From a virus: a stretch of DNA of 33,248 nucleotides. The stretch covers positions 1-33,248 of IMG/VR virus record IMGVR_UViG_3300029240_000028; one strand, written 5' to 3'. The first letter of the stretch is position 1. Every line of letters begins with the position of its first letter. A program made the position numbers and the translations under genes. Below are positions 1-7,492 of this stretch, piece after piece. The notes under the pieces are model-generated. The model had not been told where the DNA came from. It saw only the letters and a program-made list of their open reading frames with translations, and did no database searches.

Positions 1-163
1 AAATGAGTTTTTTCTATACTTCAAAATACTTGAAAGTATAGTGTTTATGCGGATAATCGAAAATTAGATATAAAATTTTTATTAATGTTAGAAGAATTAG
101 AAGAAAAAGAAGTGGCAAAGGTATATGAGTATACTCAACGGATTTGGATAAATTCCACAGATG

Positions 164-189
164 AAAAGAGCGATTAATTTCGCTCTTTT
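164..189. terminator. Bidirectional intrinsic terminator hairpin
   Basis: AAAAGAGCG (164-172) and CGCTCTTTT (181-189) form a perfect 9-bp inverted repeat with an 8-nt loop and A/T runs on both sides. It lies directly 3' of the minus-strand CDS that ends at 190. Confidence 0.7.
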
Positions 190-834
190 TTAGTTTGGAA
201 ACCATTGAATTTCTTTAAATGTTGGTGCTTCATCAGTGTTTCCTGTCCAATCACAAGTAATGACAAAGCCAAGTTTCTTATCATCTACATATGCGTATCC
301 TTTTACCGCATATGAATTATCTTGTTTAATCCAATCGAAATTTGAGATTTTATCCAATTCAGATATTTTGAAATCCGAATGAATTGCGATTGCCATGTCT
401 ACCCAATCATATAAAGCTTCTTTTTCTGCTGGCGTCATAATAACAGTTCTAGGCATTCTAGTAACTGAACCATTTTCGTAGAATACTGTTTCATCCTTTT
501 TAACAGTGCTTACAGTATCATCTTTAATATTAAAGGTAATATCAGTGTCTATATATTTAATTGTGCAAGAATCCTCATCTAAATGAGTGATATGAAGCTT
601 TGATTTTTTAATTCCTAGTTCTTTAGCAACAGATACAATTGACTTTACCTCTTTTTCCGGTACTTCCCAATTTTCTGCAATCTCTTCTGTATATGTAAGC
701 TTTTTTTGTGGCTCACTAGGTGTAATTGCGATGATTGCATAAAAAACAACAATAACAATAGCACACCACATTAATATCTTTTTCTTCTTACTTCCACCTT
801 TTTCAATAGGTGGTGTTTTAGTTTTGTTCCGCAT
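190..834 (-). CDS. Membrane-anchored protein of unknown function (candidate superinfection-exclusion / lysogenic-conversion protein)
   Basis: 214-aa ORF with a basic N-terminus, one hydrophobic helix (ILMWCAIVIVVFYAIIAI) and a ~170-aa soluble domain. It is co-oriented with the repressor gene and overlaps it by 17 nt. Confidence 0.7.
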   Translation of the reverse strand: MRNKTKTPPIEKGGSKKKKILMWCAIVIVVFYAIIAITPSEPQKKLTYTEEIAENWEVPEKEVKSIVSVAKELGIKKSKLHITHLDEDSCTIKYIDTDITFNIKDDTVSTVKKDETVFYENGSVTRMPRTVIMTPAEKEALYDWVDMAIAIHSDFKISELDKISNFDWIKQDNSYAVKGYAYVDDKKLGFVITCDWTGNTDEAPTFKEIQWFPN

Positions 835-1195
835 TGTCTAATTCCTTAATGATTCCATAAATGAAATCTAATAACCTTTCTTTCGTTTCTTCGCTTGATT
901 TTAAGTAAGCCTTGATAAGTGGTTTTTGTTTTGGGTTGATTTGGTATTCTTCTATGAGTTCGTCAATCGTGTTATCCGGTACATCCAAGAACATATCTCC
1001 AATTCCTTCAGTAAGCCAAAAATAATCGGCATTAAATGTTCTACAGATGTTTTTAAGAATGTAATCATTCATGTTTCTAACGCCACTTTCATAGCTTGCA
1101 ACAGAATTTCTAGAAACACCAATTCTTGAACCAAACTCTGTTTGAGTTAAATTTAATGCATTCCTTAACTCTTTTACTCTTTCTCCTGTAGTCAA
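818..1195 (-). CDS. XRE-family HTH transcriptional repressor (cI-like)
   Basis: N-terminal HTH signature ERVKELRNALNLTQTEFGSRIGVSRNSVASYESG. TTG start 8 nt after AAAGGAGG. Divergent from the early operon. Confidence 0.85.
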   Translation of the reverse strand: MTTGERVKELRNALNLTQTEFGSRIGVSRNSVASYESGVRNMNDYILKNICRTFNADYFWLTEGIGDMFLDVPDNTIDELIEEYQINPKQKPLIKAYLKSSEETKERLLDFIYGIIKELDNAEQN

Positions 1196-1234
1196 AAGTT
1201 TAACCTCCTTTATTTCATTTTATCATTAAAAAAA

Positions 1235-1279
1235 TAAATGTACACAAAAATTACAATTTATGCTTGTAAATGTACACAA
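1235..1279. promoter_or_regulatory. Two copies of a 13-bp operator-like repeat TAAATGTACACAA (1235-1247 and 1267-1279)
   Basis: Exact direct repeat, 32 bp centre to centre, containing the TGTACA palindrome. It lies in the divergent intergenic region, and the second copy overlaps the -35/spacer of the candidate rightward promoter. Confidence 0.5.
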
Positions 1280-1292
1280 TGTGTTGTATACT
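1264..1292 (+). promoter_or_regulatory. Candidate early rightward promoter (TTGTAA - 17 nt - TATACT)
   Basis: -35-like TTGTAA at 1264-1269, a 17-nt spacer, and -10-like TATACT at 1287-1292, upstream of the first early gene. Confidence 0.4.
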
Positions 1293-1302
1293 ATACACGT
1301 AA

Positions 1303-1334
1303 GTTACAAAACATTACAAAACATTACAAAACAT
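1303..1334 (+). repeat. Three 10-bp tandem repeats (G/A)TTACAAAAC in the 5' leader of the first early gene
   Basis: GTTACAAAAC ATTACAAAAC ATTACAAAAC runs directly into the GGAGGA SD of the 1349 CDS. Confidence 0.8.
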
Positions 1335-1348
1335 GGAGGACACAAGAA

Positions 1349-1501
1349 ATGAAATCAAAAGAAGAAATTAGAAAAAGACAACAAGAATATAAAGACAAAA
1401 TGTTCAATAAATTCAGTAATGAATTTACAAGAAAGATTATTCTTCAAAAGCAAAATCAAATGCTTAGAGAAGAAATAGAAAGATTAAAAGCTAATCAATA
1501 A
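1349..1501 (+). CDS. Small coiled-coil early protein, unknown function
   Basis: ATG at 1349, 8 nt after GGAGGA. The longer track ORF starting at 1238 begins inside the operator region and has no SD. Confidence 0.6.
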   Translation: MKSKEEIRKRQQEYKDKMFNKFSNEFTRKIILQKQNQMLREEIERLKANQ

Positions 1502-1515
1502 GGAGGATGAAGTAA

Positions 1516-1773
1516 ATGAACAAAATTGATTACTCAACACAACCAAAAGAAAAAGGCATAGACAATTATATTTGGGTGTTAGAAACAAAGATTAAGCTTG
1601 CAGAAAACGACATTGAAGCATTAAAGAAAGATTTAATTCTAGATGTTAATGAGGATAAATTTGAAAAGCTTCAATATTATAGCTTTGAATTAAACAGATT
1701 AAAAACAATCAAGAAAGAATTAAGAAATTCTTTAACTATCTTAAGAGTAAATTTAAAAAAAGATTTGGATTAA
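1516..1773 (+). CDS. Hypothetical early protein (coiled-coil)
   Basis: 85-aa ORF with AAGGAGGA SD upstream of the ATG. Confidence 0.65.
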   Translation: MNKIDYSTQPKEKGIDNYIWVLETKIKLAENDIEALKKDLILDVNEDKFEKLQYYSFELNRLKTIKKELRNSLTILRVNLKKDLD

Positions 1774-1790
1774 CAAGGAGGGCACAAGAA

Positions 1791-2072
1791 ATGACAAACG
1801 AAGAAATCATCCAAAACACAAAGAAACAATTAGGAATGGGAGAGTTTGAACCTCTCCACACATTCCAAAAATGGAAAGAAATGGGATTCAAAGTTAAGAA
1901 AGGTGAGCATGCAGTAACTTGTACAAAGTTATGGAAGCCTAAACAAAAGAAGTATACAGATACAAACGGAGAAGAAAAAGTTGAAAACAATTTCTTCTTA
2001 ACAAAAGCTTACTTATTCAAACTGAATCAAGTTGAGCGAATTAATCAAAATGCAGAACCATTAATGAATTAG
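1791..2072 (+). CDS. ArdC-N-terminal-like (DUF1738-type) ssDNA-binding domain protein
   Basis: HTFQKWKEMGFKVKKGEHAV ... FFLTKAYLFKLNQVE resembles the TF.QW..lG..VkKGEk ... vFn..Q core of the ArdC N-terminal domain, recalled from memory. Strong SD. Confidence 0.5.
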   Translation: MTNEEIIQNTKKQLGMGEFEPLHTFQKWKEMGFKVKKGEHAVTCTKLWKPKQKKYTDTNGEEKVENNFFLTKAYLFKLNQVERINQNAEPLMN

Positions 2073-2087
2073 AAAGAGGAACAGGAA

Positions 2088-2261
2088 ATGAAATCATTGT
2101 ATATAAACGATTCTTATAAAGGGAAATGTTACAAATTGAGAACAGACGATTTATTACTTTATTTATATGTTGATGAACGAGTTATAGCAATCCCATTGAA
2201 ATATGATGTGAGTATAAAAGAAACAGACAATCGTATTGATATTAAAGTATGTCGAAACTAG
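2088..2261 (+). CDS. Small hypothetical protein (57 aa, below the track cutoff)
   Basis: ATG at 2088 preceded by AGAGGAACAGGAA. Read from the sequence as MKSLYINDSYKGKCYKLRTDDLLLYLYVDERVIAIPLKYDVSIKETDNRIDIKVCRN. Confidence 0.5.
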   Translation: MKSLYINDSYKGKCYKLRTDDLLLYLYVDERVIAIPLKYDVSIKETDNRIDIKVCRN

Positions 2262-2300
2262 CCAATAGGCTAGTCTGCTAGAGTTGACCTACTAGCACTG

Positions 2301-2456
2301 ATGATGACAGGTCATGGAGGTGAAACAATACTAGACAAGAGAATTTTTGAAGCCTTAAGCGAATTGCAAAAGAAAGGCTATGAGCTTTCAGAATTTCATC
2401 AAGGGTATATCGCTTGTATCTTAGATGAATCGAAAAGAGGTGAGAAACGTGACTAG
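2301..2456 (+). CDS. Possible small protein (51 aa)
   Basis: ORF MMTGHGGETILDKRIFEALSELQKKGYELSEFHQGYIACILDESKRGEKRD fills an otherwise empty gap. It has no clear SD. Confidence 0.3.
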   Translation: MMTGHGGETILDKRIFEALSELQKKGYELSEFHQGYIACILDESKRGEKRD

Positions 2457-2628
2457 AACGTATCATGTAACCTTCGATGTGACTGCAAATGTCACATTCG
2501 AAGTTGAAGCACATGATGAAGTTGAAGCGCAAGAAATTGCTAATCAACTGAATGTTAGAGATTTGGATGAAGTAAATAAAATCAATACTTGTGAATCTAG
2601 AATGGAGGTGTATGCGTGTGATTATTAA
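2449..2628 (+). CDS. Small DpnD/PcfM-like protein
   Basis: GTG at 2449 follows AGAGGTGAG. The pattern YHVTFDV...FEVEAHDEVEAQEIA resembles the VEA-x-s-EEA motif of DpnD/PcfM-like proteins, recalled from memory. Confidence 0.45.
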   Translation: MTRTYHVTFDVTANVTFEVEAHDEVEAQEIANQLNVRDLDEVNKINTCESRMEVYACDY

Positions 2629-2869
2629 TTACAAAGCTTTATTAGATAAAGATGACTTAATTTCATTGTTTGAATGGGGTGATTTATCAATAGGAGGGCA
2701 ACGAAACAATGCGAATAAGGTTATGAAATCAATTCGTGAGCAGTACAAGAAAGACAATGGAATTGATTGGAAAGATACATTTATTTATAGAAATATATCA
2801 CAAAATGTAATCCCTACAGAAACATTCTTAAAATGTTGTCCGGAATTTAGAAAATCATTTAGGAGATAA
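2612..2869 (+). CDS. Hypothetical early protein
   Basis: ORF with GGAGG at 2604-2608. The start is ATG 2612 or GTG 2618. Confidence 0.6.
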   Translation: MRVIINYKALLDKDDLISLFEWGDLSIGGQRNNANKVMKSIREQYKKDNGIDWKDTFIYRNISQNVIPTETFLKCCPEFRKSFRR

Positions 2870-2872
2870 GAA

Positions 2873-3103
2873 ATGCAAGATATAAGAATGAACAGTATTC
2901 AAGATGAAGAAATGGAGTTAAGCATTTATCCATTTAATCCAAAACGAATACATTTAAGCAAAGAAGAAAAAGAGATACGCAGAGAAAAAAGGTATCAAAA
3001 AAGAATCACAAATTGCGTGAATGTAATTCTAATTACAACAATCGTGATTCTACTTATTTCAATAGCTTGTTTGGGTAAATCGTATGCAATGTTATTTCTA
3101 TAA
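2873..3103 (+). CDS. Small tail-anchored membrane protein
   Basis: 76 aa with a C-terminal hydrophobic helix (VILITTIVILLISIACLG). AGGAGA SD. Confidence 0.6.
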   Translation: MQDIRMNSIQDEEMELSIYPFNPKRIHLSKEEKEIRREKRYQKRITNCVNVILITTIVILLISIACLGKSYAMLFL

Positions 3104-3201
3104 AAAAGAGGTGCGCACTCGACAAAGCACGCACACACAAGAAATGACGTTCTTAAAATAAGAACACATACATTATAGCAGATTAAAAGGAGAAACGGAA
3201 G

Positions 3202-3864
3202 ATGGAAGAAAAGAAAAACATTTATGAGAAACTTTCATTAATTCAGAATGAAATGAAAGTGGGGAAAAACAATTACAACAAATTCGGGAAATACAACTAT
3301 CGTTCTGCCGAAGATATTCTTGCAGAAGCTAAAAAAATTTGTTGTAAGCATAGAACGACTTTAATTCTTACAGATGACATTAAAGTTGCAGGAGATAGAT
3401 ATTACGTTGTAGCAAGCGCAACATTAATGGATTGGGATTCGATTGCAACGGTACAGGTTACTGCAATGGCTAGAGAAGAAGAAAATAAAAAAGGAATGGA
3501 CGCTTCACAAGTTACAGGAAGTTGTTCATCGTACGCAAGAAAGTATGCGTTAAATGGTTTATTCAACTTAGATGACACAAAAGACGCAGATACAGATGAA
3601 CAACATGAAGTCGTTCAAAACGCACAAACAAAACAACAGAAAGCCGAAAACAATGACAAGTTAGATGAAATTCGTATGCGTTGTTTTAAAGCACAGAACG
3701 AATTACAGAAGTTAGGAATTGATACACATTCAGAAGCGTTTTGTGAACATTTAAAAGCCGAATATAAAATCAGTTCACAAGATATTCCTAATCTAAATGG
3801 AAACGGTCTAGTGGCATTAATTAAAGCATACGGAGCTATTTACAAAGAAAATGCGAAAGCATAA
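3202..3864 (+). CDS. erf: ERF-family single-strand annealing recombinase
   Basis: IYEKLSLIQNEM...KFGKYNYRSAEDIL...GSCSSYARKYALNGLFNLDD matches ERF superfamily hallmarks. Confidence 0.85.
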   Translation: MEEKKNIYEKLSLIQNEMKVGKNNYNKFGKYNYRSAEDILAEAKKICCKHRTTLILTDDIKVAGDRYYVVASATLMDWDSIATVQVTAMAREEENKKGMDASQVTGSCSSYARKYALNGLFNLDDTKDADTDEQHEVVQNAQTKQQKAENNDKLDEIRMRCFKAQNELQKLGIDTHSEAFCEHLKAEYKISSQDIPNLNGNGLVALIKAYGAIYKENAKA

Positions 3865-3877
3865 GGAGGAAAGAAAA

Positions 3878-4183
3878 ATGGAATTAGTAAACGTAACAAA
3901 TGGACAAATTGAAATTCAACAGGAAGCATTAAGCAAATTAAAATCATTTCAAGAATACAAAAAGGAAATGGACAAATTAGAAAAAGATATTAAGAAAAAT
4001 ATCTTAGAAGCTATGGAAAATAACGGTATCAAATCATTTGAAAATGATGTTGTGAAAATTGCATATGTAGAACCATACACAAGAACAACTATTGATACAA
4101 AATTAGTAAATGAATTAGGTCTTATGCACCAATTATCAAAGGAAACACCAGTTAAATCTAGTGTTAAGGTAACTTGGAAATAA
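3878..4183 (+). CDS. Hypothetical early protein
   Basis: ATG at 3878 follows AAGGAGGA. The track start at 3851 has no SD. Confidence 0.65.
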   Translation: MELVNVTNGQIEIQQEALSKLKSFQEYKKEMDKLEKDIKKNILEAMENNGIKSFENDVVKIAYVEPYTRTTIDTKLVNELGLMHQLSKETPVKSSVKVTWK

Positions 4184-4470
4184 AACGAGATAAGTCAATC
4201 TTACAAAAAGATATGTCTAAATGCTATGTATGTGGTTCAACTTTAGATTTACATACACATGAGATTTATTTCGGCACTGCAAATAGAAAAAAGTCTATTG
4301 AGCATGGTTGTTATGTACGTTTATGTGCTAGACATCACAACATGAGCAGTGAAGGAGTACATTTCAATCACAAATTAGACATGAAGCTTAAAAAGGAATG
4401 CCAACAGGCATTTGAAGAAGAACACACAAGAAATGAATTTATGAAGATATTTCATAAGAATTATTTGTAG
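4174..4470 (+). CDS. Zinc-binding HNH-like phage protein
   Basis: CYVCGS...HTHEIYFG..NRKKS...LCARHH pattern. The start is ambiguous: TTG 4174, or ATA 4180, which overlaps the upstream stop as ATAA. Confidence 0.6.
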   Translation: MEIKRDKSILQKDMSKCYVCGSTLDLHTHEIYFGTANRKKSIEHGCYVRLCARHHNMSSEGVHFNHKLDMKLKKECQQAFEEEHTRNEFMKIFHKNYL

Positions 4471-4479
4471 GAGGTAAAT

Positions 4480-4710
4480 ATGCATTCATACAATGTTATC
4501 ACGAATCAAGAATCATACCCTAGAGAAATATATTTTTCTCAAGCTAAAAGAATCGAAGAGCTTGAGAATTATATTATGGATGAAAACTTTAATCCGTACC
4601 AAGATTCATGGACGGATGTTAAGAAAATGGAAGAATTGGGAATCACAGAAGAACAAAAGGAATTGTTCAGACTTCAGAAATTTGAAGAAATGGAGCGAAT
4701 TCCATTTTGA
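4480..4710 (+). CDS. Hypothetical early protein
   Basis: 76-aa ORF with TAGGAGGT SD. Confidence 0.65.
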   Translation: MHSYNVITNQESYPREIYFSQAKRIEELENYIMDENFNPYQDSWTDVKKMEELGITEEQKELFRLQKFEEMERIPF

Positions 4711-5258
4711 AAACAAAGTTGATTGGCAATTACTTAAGAAAATCTAGAAATGAGGATGGAAACCTAGAAATAACATTTGAATTAACTGAGCCAATATACG
4801 AATCATACGCTCAGACACTTGAAAAAGGGGCATATAGCGTGATTATAGATTCGGTTAAACATTTACGTACGAATGAACAAAATCGGCTTATGTGGCATTT
4901 AATAAAGGAAATATGCAGTAATGAAAACGCAAGTTATAACGATACATGGGATATGTACTGCGAATTTCTAAGAATGGCAAAGCAAAAGTATACATATGTA
5001 TCAGTTTTAAAAGATGGCGTTGATTCGTTGGCTCAAGCTCATGGAGTTAGAGCGGTACAAATATTGGGCACTGAGATAAGAGACAATGGAAATGAATTTG
5101 TGAATTGTAGATTGTTTCTAGGCTCATCACAAATGGACACAAAGCAAATGGGGATATTAATTGACTGCATACTAGATTATGCAGAACAATTAGGAATCAG
5201 TACTCAATATTATTTAGATAAAGGAATCAAGGTGGAAGAAAATAAAATTTGTAATTAA
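4707..5258 (+). CDS. ninB: NinB/Orf-family recombination mediator
   Basis: RTNEQNRLMWHLIKEIC and GSSQMDTKQMGILIDCILDYAEQLGI parallel lambda Orf RSLDQNRKLWACLGDVS and QSTSRM..EFAELLELIQAFG, recalled from memory. The TTG start overlaps the upstream stop as TTGA. Confidence 0.6.
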   Translation: MKTKLIGNYLRKSRNEDGNLEITFELTEPIYESYAQTLEKGAYSVIIDSVKHLRTNEQNRLMWHLIKEICSNENASYNDTWDMYCEFLRMAKQKYTYVSVLKDGVDSLAQAHGVRAVQILGTEIRDNGNEFVNCRLFLGSSQMDTKQMGILIDCILDYAEQLGISTQYYLDKGIKVEENKICN

Positions 5259-5619
5259 AGGAAAACTAGATGGATTAAATGAATATATTAGAGCTTGCAG
5301 AGCAAATCGTTACAAGGGAGCAGAAATGGTAAAAAAGAACGAGCGTCTTGTAATTGCTTATATCTTACAGGCAGTGAATTTCGGTGAAGTTTACGAAGTT
5401 AAAAACTACCCAATTAAATTAAATATTAATTGGTATGAACAAGACAACAGAAGGGATATAGACAACATAACATTTGCAACTAAATTCATTCAAGATTCAT
5501 TAGTTAGAACAGGAATTTTAGAAGATGATTCACGTAAATACATTAATCAAGTGAATCATACAGTATTCACAGATAAAAAAAATCCAAGGATAGAGGTAGA
5601 AATTCTAGGGGGTGATTAG
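5242..5619 (+). CDS. rusA: RusA-like Holliday junction resolvase, proposed ATA start
   Basis: KFVIKGKLDGLNEYI...RRDIDNITFATKFIQDSLVRTGILEDDS. The frame is open from 5218, with no ATG/GTG/TTG before 5326. ATA 5242 lies 6 nt after AGGTGG (5230-5235). The track ORF at 5326 lacks the conserved N-terminal strand. Confidence 0.75.
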   Translation: MKFVIKGKLDGLNEYIRACRANRYKGAEMVKKNERLVIAYILQAVNFGEVYEVKNYPIKLNINWYEQDNRRDIDNITFATKFIQDSLVRTGILEDDSRKYINQVNHTVFTDKKNPRIEVEILGGD

Positions 5620-5620
5620 A

Positions 5621-6352
5621 ATAGCAGAACTAAAGAAAAGCCTACAAAGTGGGTATACACACGTTAACAATGAGATATTTCACGATAGAGAACTATCTTA
5701 TAAAGCAAAAGGCTTGTTTTGCCAAATGTTAAGCCTTCCGGACAATTGGGACTTTAAGGAAAACAGTATTAAAGCATTAGCTACAGATGGAATATCAAGT
5801 GTTCGGTCCGGTTTAAAAGAATTAATGAATAAAGGATATTTAATTCGTGAACCTATTAGAGAAGGTAATTTAATCGTTGATTGGCAATATACATTAATAG
5901 ACAGTCCTCGGAATTTAGAAAATCTAAAAATAGAAAATCTAAAAATAGAAAATCTAAAATTAGAAAATCTAAACCATATTAAATTAAATAATAATTCAAC
6001 TAAAAATGAATTAAATAAAAATAATATTAATGTATGTACGCACAAACACAAATATGGTGAATATTCACACGTGTTACTTACAGATAAAGAACACACACAC
6101 CTATTAGATTTATATGGTGATTCATTAGATGAACATATAAAGATATTAGATGAATATATTGAAACGAGTGGAAAGAAATACAAGAACCATTCACTAGTAC
6201 TACAAAAATGGGTACATGATGAATGGACTAAAAGAAATAAGAATAAGCCTGTTAGACTAGATTCGAAATTCTATGTACAAGAAAGCAATCAATCGTATGC
6301 AGATGTGCATAAGGAAATGGAACGAGTGAGAAGGGAAATATTAGGAGCATAG
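5621..6352 (+). CDS. Replication initiator / replisome-organizer-like winged-helix protein, proposed ATA start
   Basis: GYTHVNNEIFHDRELSYKAKGLFCQMLSLPDNWDF is typical of the phage replication-protein N-terminal domain. ATA GCA at 5621 lies 6 nt after GGGGGTG; the alternative GTG 5612 sits inside that SD. The gene contains the iterons listed next. Confidence 0.75.
   Translation: MAELKKSLQSGYTHVNNEIFHDRELSYKAKGLFCQMLSLPDNWDFKENSIKALATDGISSVRSGLKELMNKGYLIREPIREGNLIVDWQYTLIDSPRNLENLKIENLKIENLKLENLNHIKLNNNSTKNELNKNNINVCTHKHKYGEYSHVLLTDKEHTHLLDLYGDSLDEHIKILDEYIETSGKKYKNHSLVLQKWVHDEWTKRNKNKPVRLDSKFYVQESNQSYADVHKEMERVRREILGA
5916..5973 (+). repeat. About 3.9 copies of a 15-bp tandem iteron TAGAAAATCTAAAAA (candidate phage ori)
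   Basis: Copies at 5916, 5931, 5946 and 5961 (the last partial), inside the replication-initiator gene. An extremely AT-rich stretch follows (5974 to about 6040). Confidence 0.7.
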
Positions 6353-6369
6353 AAAGGGAGTAAATAGGT

Positions 6370-6549
6370 ATGTCATACAATTTTGAAGTAAGAGCGATTA
6401 CTACTTTATACGGATATGTTGAAGCAGATTCAAAAGAAGAAGCAATGCAACGCATTAAAGATATGAATGTAGATTACATGGATATAAATGATGAGAACCT
6501 AGGTGATATGGATATGTCATCAGTGAAGCTAACGAAAACGGAGGATTAA
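6370..6549 (+). CDS. Small DpnD/PcfM-like protein (59 aa, below the track cutoff)
   Basis: ATG 6370 follows AGGGAG. MSYNFEVRAITTLYGYVEADSKEEAMQRIKDM has the same pattern as the 2449 protein. Confidence 0.5.
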   Translation: MSYNFEVRAITTLYGYVEADSKEEAMQRIKDMNVDYMDINDENLGDMDMSSVKLTKTED

Positions 6550-6807
6550 ATGATTAATTGGATTTGTGGAGCTATATGTGGAAGTGGTGCAACACTTCTT
6601 CTATATAGCCTATTAGTTGGAAAAAGGATTCAAGAAGAACAAGACAAAGCTTGTAAATGTATTTTCAAGTATGAAGAATACAGAAGAAGAATCAGAACGC
6701 TTGAATATCAAAACAAAGAGCTAGAAAAAAGAATCGTAGAATTACAAACGAAGCACGGTGAAGTCGTAAGCGTTGAATATTATTCGGATTTTGATGAGGT
6801 GAAATAA
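6550..6807 (+). CDS. Small membrane protein with coiled-coil
   Basis: N-terminal hydrophobic helix (ICGAICGSGATLLLYSLLV). GGAGGA SD. Confidence 0.6.
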   Translation: MINWICGAICGSGATLLLYSLLVGKRIQEEQDKACKCIFKYEEYRRRIRTLEYQNKELEKRIVELQTKHGEVVSVEYYSDFDEVK

Positions 6808-7269
6808 ATGGATTACTTAAAGCCAAAAAAAGAAGAAAAATGTAATAAATGCAAATATGAATATTTATCAGAATGTGAACATCCTTGTATCGTGTGCAGA
6901 TGGAAAGTTAAAGAGAGAGGTTTAGCTTTTTTTGGAAAGTTGAGTTATTTCGAACCTAAAGAAGAAAAAAATGATGATGAAATCGACATGGTCAATCATC
7001 CTCAACATTACAACAGAGATGGAGCAATGGAGTGTATTGATGAAATGATAGCAGTATTTGGAAAAGATATTGTCGCTTGTTTCTGCTTGTGCAATGTATG
7101 GAAATATAGATACAGAGCTTCAGATAAAGGACATGAAGAGGACTTATCTAAATCTGACTATTATATGGCTAAGTATAAGGAATTAATTACGGAACGCAGT
7201 GTATTAGGCTTGAAAGATGTTAAACAAGCTATAAATGAGCTTAAAGAGGAATTGAGGGCATATGAATAA
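6808..7269 (+). CDS. DUF3310-family protein with N-terminal Cys-rich region
   Basis: VNHPQHYNRDGAMECIDEMIAVFG...CNVWKYRYRASDKG...DLSKSDYY matches the DUF3310 signature. Confidence 0.75.
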   Translation: MDYLKPKKEEKCNKCKYEYLSECEHPCIVCRWKVKERGLAFFGKLSYFEPKEEKNDDEIDMVNHPQHYNRDGAMECIDEMIAVFGKDIVACFCLCNVWKYRYRASDKGHEEDLSKSDYYMAKYKELITERSVLGLKDVKQAINELKEELRAYE

Positions 7270-7492
7270 AAGATACGAATACAACGGAAAGATTTATTGC
7301 GAAGATGATTTATCGGAATCTATAGATAACTATGGCGGTGAATTATATGACTTGTATTGGGAATTATCGCATGACCATCTAGCGTGTGATGTGACTTATT
7401 ATTATGCAACGGATGGAGAAAATGATTATGAAACTGCTGAAGAATTAATAGAATCAGAATTTAGTAATTTAGAGGTAAAAGAAAATGAATGA
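7262..7492 (+). CDS. Hypothetical acidic protein
   Basis: 76-aa ORF whose start overlaps the upstream gene. Confidence 0.6.
   Translation: MNKRYEYNGKIYCEDDLSESIDNYGGELYDLYWELSHDHLACDVTYYYATDGENDYETAEELIESEFSNLEVKENE

Noticed and set aside
14-205. 63-aa minus-strand ORF at the left edge
   Set aside because: It is hydrophobic low-complexity sequence typical of antisense AT-rich DNA, has no SD, and runs through the terminator hairpin at 164-189.
1238-1348. Long version of the first early ORF starting at 1238
   Set aside because: That ATG lies inside the operator repeat and upstream of the candidate promoter, and it has no SD. ATG 1349 has a GGAGGA SD.
3111-3165. Locally GC-rich segment and GTTCTTA-aaa-TAAGAAC hairpin upstream of erf
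   Set aside because: The hairpin is real, but it has no T-tract and no repeat partner. I cannot assign a function from sequence alone.
4493-4747. Alternative-frame 84-aa ORF overlapping the 4480 gene
   Set aside because: It lies almost entirely inside a better-supported ORF, has no SD, and has a Lys/Arg-rich composition typical of an off-frame reading.
5916-5973. Tandem 15-bp repeats as a CRISPR array
   Set aside because: The repeats are contiguous with no spacers, are only 15 bp long, and are in frame within a CDS. They fit iterons, not CRISPR.
5698-6183. 161-aa minus-strand ORF inside the replication-initiator gene
   Set aside because: It is the antisense reading of the iterons (FRFSIFRFSIFRFS) and AT-rich tract, and there is no expression signal.
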